This document shows, piece after piece, positions 1-9,300 of a DNA stretch of 64,000 bases. Position 1 is the stretch's first letter; each line of letters opens with the position of its first letter. The DNA comes from an archaeon (lineage in GTDB: Archaea > Nanobdellota > Nanobdellia > SCGC-AAA011-G17 > GW2011-AR17). The notes beneath the pieces were generated by a model that saw only the letters and a program-made list of their open reading frames with translations, was not told where the DNA came from and searched no databases. The position numbers and the translations under genes were made by a program. The stretch is from the NCBI GenBank assembly GCA_043814545.1, contig JBDRJY010000007.1, positions 6,819 through 70,818 on the forward strand, read 5' to 3'.

Positions 1-1004
1 AATTTAGTTAAACGTAAATAATTTGTTATAACATCTAACGTCAAAGCTGACATTATCGCTAAAATCAAACCTAAAAACAATAAAGCTTCATTAAGATTAA
101 TCAGCTTCAAAGCCATAAGAACTAAGTCAGATAAAACTAAAGCACTCATGAAATAAACTGTTTTAGTTTTCTTAAGCCAAAACCCTACAACAAACCCACC
201 CAAGCCAAACAATAAAGGTATCACACCTAAAGCAGTTACAATACCTAACGGCGTAGCTTCACCAAAATAATCTACCAAAAGTTCTAAAGGTACGTTCTGC
301 CAGACAGCTTGAAAACCATATTCTAAAAAAATATTTTTAAACATGATTATATTAATTAAAAGAATTAATAACACACAAAACAAAATAGCTTCATTTTTGA
401 TTTTCTCTAACTTAAAATTATCTAGGCTTAACAAAAGATAATAAAATATTAAAGATATTGGCAAAAGAAAACCCATTGGATTAATCAAAGGTAAAATAAA
501 AGATGCAATTATAAAATATGTTAAATAATTTTTAATTTCGAAAAAAGTGTAAAGCAAAAAGAAAAACACTAAAACAATCAAACAATAAACTGATGCTTGG
601 TTCAAAGTTTGTGTGATAAAAATTGGCGAAAACCCTGCAATGAACGCACTTAACAATGCAGCAGTGTTATTATGTGTGATACGCTTCGTTAACGAATAAA
701 CTACAAATACTAAAAATGCGGCTAACAATTCTGGAAAAAACTTTAACACCCATACTGCCGGCAAAATCATTGTAAACAACGCCATCAAATAATAAAATAA
801 GAATGGTGTTAAAATAAACCGTCCACCATAACTTAAATTATCATAAACCATTAAACCAATGTTATCATGAATATATTCAACATTCCTTAACTCAAAATAA
901 GCTTGATCAGAACTGAAAAACGGCGATTGTACAACAAAGAATAACCTAAAACATAATGCGAACAAAAAAATTATGATCAGGACCTTAATTTCCTTTCTCT
1001 TCAA
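1..1004 (-). CDS. Polytopic membrane protein, probable GT-C fold (STT3/ArnT/PMT-like) glycosyltransferase; runs off the window edge
   Basis: Not in the ORF track. Translated manually from TTG at 1004: MKRKEIKVLIIIFLFALCFRLFFVVQSPFFSSDQAYFELRNVEYI...YDNLSYGGR. An N-terminal TM helix with R and a D-x-x-Y loop is followed by many hydrophobic segments. The start overlaps the scpB stop. Confidence 0.55.
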   Translation of the reverse strand, partial: MKRKEIKVLIIIFLFALCFRLFFVVQSPFFSSDQAYFELRNVEYIHDNIGLMVYDNLSYGGRFILTPFLFYYLMALFTMILPAVWVLKFFPELLAAFLVFVVYSLTKRITHNNTAALLSAFIAGFSPIFITQTLNQASVYCLIVLVFFFLLYTFFEIKNYLTYFIIASFILPLINPMGFLLPISLIFYYLLLSLDNFKLEKIKNEAILFCVLLILLINIIMFKNIFLEYGFQAVWQNVPLELLVDYFGEATPLGIVTALGVIPLLFGLGGFVVGFWLKKTKTVYFMSALVLSDLVLMALKLINLNEALLFLGLILAIMSALTLDVITNYLRLTK

Positions 1005-1548
1005 TAGATTCTTTATCATCTTCTAACTTTTCCTGCTTTTCAATTTTCCCAACATTGCCAACAACTTCTTCCATCTTAGACTGCAACCTATCATCAACAA
1101 CATCAAAATAATCATAAAATTTTGGTGCAAGTTTTAAAATTCGTGTACGGCCATGCTTTTCAGCAGTTATGAACTCATTTTCTCTTAGAGTTTTAATTTG
1201 ATCGTAAGCGCCGGAACCTCGGACTTTAATAATGTCGGCTTGTATAACTGGTTGCTTATACGCAATAATTGCTAATGTTTGTTGTGTTGGGCCGTCAAGC
1301 TCTGCACTATCTAACAATTTCGTTGTAAGATAAGTATATTCTTTTTTCAAACCTAACTTATACTTCCCGTTATCTTCATAAACCATTAAAGCTGAATCAG
1401 ATTCTTTATATTTTTCAATCAAAATCTTCAAAGAAGTTTTAATTATACCAATTGATCCAATTTCACATAATACAGCAACCTCTTCAACACTCATAAACCT
1501 GCCTGTGGTGAATAAGATAGCTTCAATCTTTTGTACAACGTCAGACAT
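985..1548 (-). CDS. scpB: SMC-Scp complex subunit ScpB
   Basis: IEAILF N-terminus; TLAIIAYKQPV, IIKVRG and FYDYF motifs. Confidence 0.9.
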   Translation of the reverse strand: MSDVVQKIEAILFTTGRFMSVEEVAVLCEIGSIGIIKTSLKILIEKYKESDSALMVYEDNGKYKLGLKKEYTYLTTKLLDSAELDGPTQQTLAIIAYKQPVIQADIIKVRGSGAYDQIKTLRENEFITAEKHGRTRILKLAPKFYDYFDVVDDRLQSKMEEVVGNVGKIEKQEKLEDDKESIEEKGN

Positions 1549-1595
1549 ATGTAAGGATTAAAGAACTAACAGTTTTTAAAGTTTATGTTAGTATA

Positions 1596-1613
1596 GGTTT
1601 TTGCCTTCGGCTG
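1596..1613 (-). repeat. Dispersed mini-hairpin element, copy 1
   Basis: + strand GGTTTTTGCCTTCGGCTG (minus: stem GCC/GGC, loop GAA, tail AAAAACC). Confidence 0.85.
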
Positions 1614-1646
1614 AAGGGTTTAAATCTACTGGTTAGTGGACAAAAA

Positions 1647-1898
1647 TTATTCAACAAATTCTCTAAAAATTTTATAACTTTTAAGTTTTACTGCATGTAA
1701 TAATTGTGATGGATATATTAGTGTATAAGTAACAAAACCTAAATTACCTTTAATCCCATTTTTTTGATATTCTTCTATATCACTCCCATAAGATTCTAAA
1801 TCTAAAGAGTCAATTGTATCACAATTATGGCTGCGATACGTTGTCAAAATTTTATGAGCCAATTTAAATCCATCAACAAATTTCTCTCGATTTGGCAT
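1647..1898 (-). CDS. Hypothetical protein
   Basis: 83-aa ORF with ATG start and AT-rich upstream region; no recognisable motif. Confidence 0.5.
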   Translation of the reverse strand: MPNREKFVDGFKLAHKILTTYRSHNCDTIDSLDLESYGSDIEEYQKNGIKGNLGFVTYTLIYPSQLLHAVKLKSYKIFREFVE

Positions 1899-1969
1899 TA
1901 TAATTTATTATTGGAAAAGTTATCTTTAAAAATATTATGCATCTTATCCACAAATCAAATAATTAAAAA

Positions 1970-3460
1970 CTAATCAATAGGATATCTTAAGATAGCAGCA
2001 ATCCCACCTAATTGTTCTAACTGCTGACCTTCCATTGTATCAGTAGAAATAATTTTAACTTCGGTCCGAGAATTCTCTGCATCATCTTCCATTTTTTCAA
2101 TATAATCCTCATCTAAAGATTCAGATAATAATAAAGTTTCAACCGCAGCCATTTCCATAACTTTTTCAACTTGTTTTTTACCATAACTAACACGTTTATC
2201 ATCAGTTGACAACAATTTAAAAAATTTTTCCAAAATCTTTTTCTCTTCTATGATAGCCTCTTTGGACAAAATCTCCTGACTTTTGTTAACAAGCTCTTTC
2301 AATCCAAAATCGCCAGTATAACTTAAATCTTGTAAACCTAAGACTTTTAATTTAATTTGGTTATTCAAAAAATCGCCATTGTAAAAAGTTTCTTTGGTAG
2401 GCCCGGGACCGCCAATCAAAATACCTTTCAAAGTTTTCATCTCAAGAAACTCTTTTTGTACTGTCTCTGCTATACGCTTGTAAAAATCTTTAGCTGCACC
2501 TTCCCTGATACGAGCAAACCTTTGCGCACTGTTATGAACAATAAGACCTTCAGCAACAAAGTTTTTGTTAGCAACAGAGATGTCTATAAGATTAATCTTA
2601 ATTTGTTCATCAACTTCAATCTTTTTAATTTCTTTACCAGAACCATCACGGCCCAACAATAAATCACCAACTTGCAACTCTTCACTCGCTTTGGTCAAAC
2701 CGTCTAACAAGAAAAACAAATGATCTTTAGAAGCAGTAACAATTTCTTCAACATGAATTTTGTATATGTTTTCCGTAGGCTTAACCCATTTATCTAAAAC
2801 TTCGGAAGGTTTCAACGTTTTAGATTCAAAATCGTAACTTAAAACTTCATCACCAACTTCAACTTCTTCCAAAGAAAGAAACTGACCGTCAGCCATTGCA
2901 ATCTCAGTGTCAAATGCTAAACACTGCCCACCTGCCCTAGTTTTACCAGGCACACCCGAAGTCAAAGTTTGAAGTTCAACTATGTTCGTACCTTTCAACA
3001 AACCGATAGTAGCTTCACGCCTGTCAACCACAATCAAACCATACGTTTCTTTCACGTCAAGCATTTCACGTAAAATGTCTAACTGAAAAGTTTGGTCACA
3101 TCTATAGATTCGATTATTAATCGCTTCAGGCGGTTCTATGCTCCATACTTGTACATCTAGCTTACCTTCCTTGTCAGTAGCATTCCCTGCAAACGCTGCA
3201 AGACCATTGTCAGGAGTTTTCTTGAACAACCTTAAATGCCTAATCATCCGTTCAAGAGAATCAATAACATGTTTTTGTGTAGTTTTATCTTTAATATTAG
3301 TAGCAGTACCTTGCTCTTGCCCTAAATGATTAATAATTTTATTAATATCATAACCAGCAGGAATGTATACAGTAACTAGTTCTGTATGCCTACCACGAAT
3401 ATTTTCAAGTTTACGTACGAACTTTTTCAGTTTATGTTTCTGTTTAGGGTCAAGAACCAT
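1970..3460 (-). CDS. prf1: Peptide chain release factor aRF1, intein-containing precursor
   Basis: RGRHTELVTVYIP, TATNIKD (NIKS-equivalent), YRCD, GKTRAGGQ|...|SAQRFAR, GGPG and GGIAAILRY motifs. Confidence 0.95.
   Translation of the reverse strand: MVLDPKQKHKLKKFVRKLENIRGRHTELVTVYIPAGYDINKIINHLGQEQGTATNIKDKTTQKHVIDSLERMIRHLRLFKKTPDNGLAAFAGNATDKEGKLDVQVWSIEPPEAINNRIYRCDQTFQLDILREMLDVKETYGLIVVDRREATIGLLKGTNIVELQTLTSGVPGKTRAGGQCLAFDTEIAMADGQFLSLEEVEVGDEVLSYDFESKTLKPSEVLDKWVKPTENIYKIHVEEIVTASKDHLFFLLDGLTKASEELQVGDLLLGRDGSGKEIKKIEVDEQIKINLIDISVANKNFVAEGLIVHNSAQRFARIREGAAKDFYKRIAETVQKEFLEMKTLKGILIGGPGPTKETFYNGDFLNNQIKLKVLGLQDLSYTGDFGLKELVNKSQEILSKEAIIEEKKILEKFFKLLSTDDKRVSYGKKQVEKVMEMAAVETLLLSESLDEDYIEKMEDDAENSRTEVKIISTDTMEGQQLEQLGGIAAILRYPID
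2531..2923 (-). mobile_element. Mini-intein (131 aa, Hint domain only) within aRF1
   Basis: Starts CLAFDTEIAMADG (block A), has TASKDHLF (block B His) and ends LIDISVANKNFVAEGLIVHN followed by Ser+1. Removal restores GGQ-SAQRF. Confidence 0.93.
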
Positions 3461-3514
3461 GGTTTTTCACATGAATAGGAGAATATTTAAGCTTTTTGAT
3501 AGTTAAAAAAATAT

Positions 3515-3614
3515 AATACTGATGTCCGAAGTCTAAGCTTCAACAGAAAGGCGTCATGATCCGAAGACCACTCAACCGGATATCTATATCCACTTCAATT
3601 CTCCCACCAATACT
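3515..3614 (-). ncRNA. Candidate ~100-nt structured non-coding RNA of unknown class
   Basis: GC-enriched intergenic island. 10-bp terminal helix AGUAUUGGUG/CAUCAGUAUU, hairpin GGAUA-UAGA-UAUCC and hairpin GUGGUC-UUCG-GAUCAU. A TATA-like GAAAATTTTAAATA lies ~25 nt upstream and a U-tract downstream. Confidence 0.55.
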
Positions 3615-3694
3615 GCAAATAGATCTATGACTTTTTCATATTTAAAATTTTCTATAAAGAAAAGTTTTTATATTGCATTACTAAATGTGTTATC

Positions 3695-4489
3695 ATGAAG
3701 AAACGTACAGTACGTTTGATTAGTATTGCAATCATTCTAATTCTCCTTTTAACATTCAGTTCAGCTCTTGTTTTGAAAATAGGTATCTTTTCAGTCTTAA
3801 ATTTTTTTGATGAAGAAGAAAAAATCTCACCTTACTCAGAATTAGTGCAAGACTTTGTTGAAGATTGTATAGAAAATACTGCTCTTGAAGGTATTACTTT
3901 CATAACAAAGGAAGGCAAAACTGTTGTCATTGATGATGAAAGTTTAGACAAAAAATCTAACCTTTCAATTAAAGAAGATTTAGAATTAGAAATTAGTAAC
4001 TATATTGACGAATATTTACCATTATGCACAAACGATTTTGTAAAATTCTTAAACATGGATGTGACAGCTAACGATGAACCGCACACTATTGTTACAATAA
4101 ATGAGAAAGAAGTTATAATTTTAACAAAATGGCCTACTCATGTTAAATACGGCAATAATCTTGATACAATTTCTGAATATGAAATAACATTAGACATGAA
4201 ACTAGGTTTTATCCACAACTTAATCACTGACATTTTCACAACTAAAGAAGAAGTTTGTTTTGAATGTTTACAAGCCGAAAGCGAAAAAGAAAATGTTTAT
4301 GCAAGCTTTTCTTTGTATAAAGAGGATGAGATTATTATTACTATCCTTGAAGAATCCGGTTTATTAGACAAACTACCTTTTACTTACATGTTCAGAATTA
4401 AACATAAGTTAAACGAAAAAGAACAAGAATATTTGGCTAACTATACATTGTTAAAAGATTTAGCACTTACACAAGACGCTCTTGCTTGA
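3695..4489 (+). CDS. Membrane-anchored hypothetical protein, paralog of the proteins at 19587-20189 and 39049-41049
   Basis: N-terminal TM helix; the segments VQDFVEDCIENTALEGI and YIDEYLPLCTNDF match the paralogs. Confidence 0.7.
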   Translation: MKKRTVRLISIAIILILLLTFSSALVLKIGIFSVLNFFDEEEKISPYSELVQDFVEDCIENTALEGITFITKEGKTVVIDDESLDKKSNLSIKEDLELEISNYIDEYLPLCTNDFVKFLNMDVTANDEPHTIVTINEKEVIILTKWPTHVKYGNNLDTISEYEITLDMKLGFIHNLITDIFTTKEEVCFECLQAESEKENVYASFSLYKEDEIIITILEESGLLDKLPFTYMFRIKHKLNEKEQEYLANYTLLKDLALTQDALA

Positions 4490-4880
4490 ATTCCCCGATT
4501 AATTCTTTGAATGCCAAACCTTTTTTCTTAGCAAAATCAAAAGTTAAAACAAAATGTTTACCTTTGGACTTAGGAACTTCCGCAAGCGGTACAAAAAACC
4601 AACCTTCATTATCAAATCTAACCGCAAGCCACGGTTCAGCGCCAAACGTTGTTGCAAACTCATTTAACTGGTTAAGCTCTTCTGCGTTAAAATATTTCTT
4701 TTTATCTTTGATAGCTTTACATTCTAAAGCTAAAGTTTTAGTACCGTTACTTGCTATAAGGTCTGGCGAGGGTTTTTGGGTTGAGCCACTGCCAGCAGAT
4801 CTTACAACTGCCCATTCTTGAGTGTCCCAAAGTAAATGAAACAATTCTCTTTCCGCCCTACTACCTTTCACTTTTGACAT
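4467..4880 (-). CDS. hjc: Holliday junction resolvase Hjc
   Basis: KGSRAEREL, VRSAGSG, PDLIA and ECK motifs (PD-(D/E)xK nuclease). Confidence 0.92.
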   Translation of the reverse strand: MSKVKGSRAERELFHLLWDTQEWAVVRSAGSGSTQKPSPDLIASNGTKTLALECKAIKDKKKYFNAEELNQLNEFATTFGAEPWLAVRFDNEGWFFVPLAEVPKSKGKHFVLTFDFAKKKGLAFKELIGEFKQERLV

Positions 4881-5013
4881 ATTATTTTAGAAAGGCAAAA
4901 GAGTATATAAAATCTGTTGAATCATAAAAGAAAGTTCCTAAGATTTTCAAGAATTAAAACATTTTTACTTTGTTTTTCAAATACCATTTTATTCAAAATA
5001 AAAAATAAAAAAA

Positions 5014-5184
5014 TTAAAGGTCTCGTGCCTTTACTGTGCTTCTTTTATTTGCTTTAGCTCTTGCTGCTGCTTTTTGGATTAAACCAACTACTTCATCACT
5101 CAAAGCACTTGCAAAATCACTTGAAACGTTCATGCCATCAGCATGTTCTTTAATTTTGCTTCTTACTACAACTAAATCTGCCAT
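5014..5184 (-). CDS. Short histone-fold protein (56 aa)
   Basis: Manual translation MADLVVVRSKIKEHADGMNVSSDFASALSDEVVGLIQKAAARAKANKRSTVKARDL, ending in the histone R-x-T-V-x-x-x-D signature. GGAGGT RBS upstream. Below the ORF-track length cutoff. Confidence 0.85.
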   Translation of the reverse strand: MADLVVVRSKIKEHADGMNVSSDFASALSDEVVGLIQKAAARAKANKRSTVKARDL

Positions 5185-5280
5185 TTTATCATTTACCTCC
5201 TTAAAATTGTTAGATAATATCTTTAATGAGTAAAAATACGGCAGTATTTAAATTTTTCGACAAATATAGAGTTTAAAGGC

Positions 5281-6330
5281 TTATTTCGTCCAAATTATCA
5301 AGAAATAAGCTTGTCCACCTATTTTAATCACTCGTTCTTCAACTTTCTTAAACTGCTTAGAATAATATAAAAGAAGTTCTTTCTTAGGCGAAACCATAAT
5401 AATCCTACCTTTTTTCTTCAAAATCATTTCAGCTTGTCTAAACAAATCTTCGTACAAATGTTTAACTTTCTTTTCAGGGTTAGAAGGCGACGGGAACGGC
5501 GGATTTGTCACAATACAATCAATTGACTCTTCCTTAAACTTAATATCTAACCAATCAATCGAAGTTTTACTCAAATTAATTTCTTTCCTAATACCAGCAA
5601 GCTTCATATTAATCTCAGTGTTACGTATATCAGAAAGCAAATTATCATAACCATATATATTAGATTTAACATCCCGAATTTTCTTATCTAAACCAGGGAA
5701 AGATAATATTTTTTCAAAATGTCCTCTCGGGACCTGTTTTGCATATTGTGCAGCTTCAATAACAATAACTCCATCTTTAACAAAAGGGTCAAGAAGAATT
5801 TTTTTCTTATCCCAGTTAGCCAACCTTACCATTGCATAAGCTAAACAAGCGTTAATAGATTGCCTGTGAAACCTAATCCGATAATCTCTTTTATGCAAAT
5901 CATCATATTTCAGGTAACCGATTATACAAACGTCATCCAAAAGTTCAACAAGCACAGTCGTTTTTGGTTTCTTCAAATTAACTTTAAAACCTTTTTTAAA
6001 AATTATCGCACCCACAGCTTCTTCAATCTCTCGCGTAGCAAAAGACAAATCTGTTTTACGAACACATCTGGCAACAAAAGGCTGTTCAAACTTAAAATCT
6101 AATTTCTCAACTTCTTCCTCAATTTGTTTTAAGGTTTGAAATTTGAACTTGTGAACAAACTCATACACTTTAATCATAGAACGAGACATGTAAACAAATT
6201 TATCTATATCCTTAGTCTCAAACATTACACGACCCTTTTTAATTTTTTTAGCATTAGAACCAAGAATTTCTTTAATCTCTTTAATTAAAACATCTTCAAT
6301 TCCAGGCAAAGTTACAGCTATATATTTCAT
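5281..6330 (-). CDS. THUMP-domain RNA (m2G) methyltransferase, Trm14/Trm11-like
   Basis: PGIEDV start, THUMP-like KVNLKKP, LHKRDYR, LLDPF and IVTNPPF motifs. Confidence 0.8.
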   Translation of the reverse strand: MKYIAVTLPGIEDVLIKEIKEILGSNAKKIKKGRVMFETKDIDKFVYMSRSMIKVYEFVHKFKFQTLKQIEEEVEKLDFKFEQPFVARCVRKTDLSFATREIEEAVGAIIFKKGFKVNLKKPKTTVLVELLDDVCIIGYLKYDDLHKRDYRIRFHRQSINACLAYAMVRLANWDKKKILLDPFVKDGVIVIEAAQYAKQVPRGHFEKILSFPGLDKKIRDVKSNIYGYDNLLSDIRNTEINMKLAGIRKEINLSKTSIDWLDIKFKEESIDCIVTNPPFPSPSNPEKKVKHLYEDLFRQAEMILKKKGRIIMVSPKKELLLYYSKQFKKVEERVIKIGGQAYFLIIWTK

Positions 6331-6366
6331 TCAATAATAGAGTATAACTACTACTTATAAAATTTG

Positions 6367-9300
6367 TCATAACTTTAAAATAATCCAGTCCAGAATAAAT
6401 CGAAACAACTTTACTACATAAAGTTTCAAATACCAAGGCTCTTTTTCTTGTTCTTCAACAATTTCTTCTTCTAATTCTTCACCTAAACTATCTTCTATTC
6501 CTTTTTCACTTTCATCAACCCCTAAAACTTCTTCTTCAGTTTCAGGTATTTCTTCTTGAGTAACAGGATAATTCACTGAACCTCCACCAGAAGAACTATC
6601 CGAACTTTGATCAGTGTTTGATAAGCCATTATCCAAATAAATTAAAACAGAAGTTGAATTAATATTGTTAAATGAATCATTAACAAAAACATATATAACA
6701 TGCGTTACAGTTGAACCGCTCGGGCTTGAAAATGTAAGACCAACCGTACCATTTCTAAACGTAACATTATTCCCACCATCTAAATTATACCAGTAACCTG
6801 AAACTTCATTATCATCAGTTGAATTCACATTTAAAGTTACATTAATAACATCACCAAAAGTAAAAGTCGTTTTTTGTAATGGAGAACTGATGTTTATGCT
6901 AGGTGGTACAGTTTCTGCCATTTGAATTTCAGATATGCCAATATCATAATAATCAAAATCTCCCGTACCAACATTAGGAATCCATAAGGCATCAACTCTA
7001 CTATTCCCTGCTTTATCATAAGAAACTGAAAAACTACTGTTTGCCGCATCTATTGCAGGTGAACTAATGTTAACAGTAAAATTTTTAATATTAGGCTGAA
7101 TAAACAAAGGATCACCATCAACAGCATTTGCACCAATGGTAGTCCCACTAACATTCGCAGTATTACCATACCAAAGATTATAATTTAATATTGTGTTAGC
7201 TGCTGAAGATCCATCAACAACTCCGATAGTGTTATTCGTAAAGATATTATTTTGAATTATAACATCGCTTGTAGTTGCACTACCACTTTCCAAATCAAGA
7301 CCATTAACATTGTTATAAAATACATTGTTAAAAACTTCCACAGTCCCTTCATCAAGATTAAATAACCTCATTGACTCAGCATTTTGGTAAAAAATATTGT
7401 TAAAAAACTGAATTTTTCCAGTTGTACTATCAGCAGTTTCATAAAAAATAATTCCTCCTGCATTACCATTGAAAGAATTCCCTTCAACCTTATTCACTCC
7501 ATCGCAAGCGTATAACCTTAAACCACGATTACTCGAAGAAGAACCTATCTCGTTAAAACTATTATTTTTTATTGTCAAATTTGTAACTGCCCATTCACTT
7601 AGTTCTATATGCCCCTCATTAATATTATCTGAACCATTAAAGAAATTATCTGAAATTGTTAAGTTTAACAAATTAAACCTTCGATTAGTATTATCAGATA
7701 AAAAATAAATGCTTTGCATATTATTAATAAACTTATTATTTCTTACAATACAATTATCAGAAGTTATTGTGTTATATATATCTCCACCTAAGTATAATGC
7801 AGAATGAGCATTGCTATCAGTACCGTTAAAGTTTCTAAATGTATTATTTTCTATAAAATATTGTGTACCATTTAAATCGTAAATAAGAATACCTTTTCCA
7901 TTAGTTGTTGAAAATCCTACACTGTTATCTATTGTAATATTATTATTGTAAATGTAAATTTTACCGCCTAAATTTGGACCCATATTTTGAGGCAAAATAC
8001 CTATCGCTGCAGAAGATGCACCAGCTCCCTGAAAATAATCTTCCAAACCATACCAAATATTATTTTCAATTATAATATAACCATCATCACCTAAATAATA
8101 ACTCAAAAATTTTAAATCTCCTGTATCAGTGTTACCGCCATGAAGTTCATGCTTAAACGTATTACCTTTAACAATATACTCTTGTATAGGATTACGGTCG
8201 TCAGTATTTCCGTGAGATTCCCAACCGTCCCAAATAGTAGAGTTAAAAACAAAACCGTAAATGTCTGCCGCATCAATCAACGAATGAGAATAAGCTTGAT
8301 TACCAGCAGCTTTTCCTGCCACCATGTTATAAAATATTAATCTTGTCGTTAGAATATGGGCAATATGTCCTCTATTATCAGAATAAAACTGTCTATGATT
8401 TCTAAAAATTATATCTCCATCCATATTATTTGTTTTTATTACACCATTAGCCACAACAGTACTACCAAACCTAAACTGTAAGAATTTTCCTTCACCACCA
8501 TCAATAACAACACCAGTCTTATCATCCAAGTCCATATAATATCTAGAAGTTTTAACTAACTCATAATCAACTGTACCGTTGGTAATATTAACATTTGTCC
8601 CAAAAGGATTTACATAAAGTATTTTTGTTGAATTATCAAAATAATAACTACCATCAGTATCATTAGCTTGCTGTACTGTATCATTCATTTTCGCTAAATA
8701 CCTGCAAGCATTTTGTAAAGACATGTTAGTAACATTACAACTTGCTAAAGTACGTGTATCATCTGCTGCCATCGTTCCAGTTGCTTGATAAATTTCACTA
8801 AAAGTTGCATTATGAATAAAACCAGTGTTAACAGCACCGTTAGTTGTCTTACCAAACAATTCTGAACCTGTTATAAGAACATCTGAATCTAAGGTACCAT
8901 CAGAAGCGTTTGCAGTAATAACAACCCAACCATCAGCAGCTAACTCATCATTAGTCATGGTACTCAGATTTAAGTAAGTAGAATTATCAATCCTAGTAAA
9001 CCCAGAACCGTTCGCACCAACAATCAAAGGTTCTTGATACCTTCCTTCGTCAATGTATAAAATATCTCCTGCACCAACTTCTCCAAAACCGTCACCCCAT
9101 TGAACAACACTTAAGTTAGGCCATGCACCGTCCCAAGAATGTGGGTTTGTCCCGTCGCCACTAGACGAAACAAAATAACTTGAAGAATCTGTTGAAACAT
9201 TAAACGTAATTGTATGGTTTAAGAACGGCGTATCTCTTTCATCTTCAGTATTAAAAGTTATGTTTAAACTTAAATTCGTTGTAGTTTCAGGAAAAGTAAA

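Noticed and set aside
3515..3614. 5S rRNA, tRNA-Sec, SECIS or hammerhead identity for the RNA candidate
   Set aside because: Too short for 5S and lacks its conserved loops; no anticodon or T-loop; no CUGAUGA core; the tandem GA alone is insufficient for SECIS.
5036..5233. 65-aa + strand ORF
   Set aside because: Antisense shadow of the histone gene.
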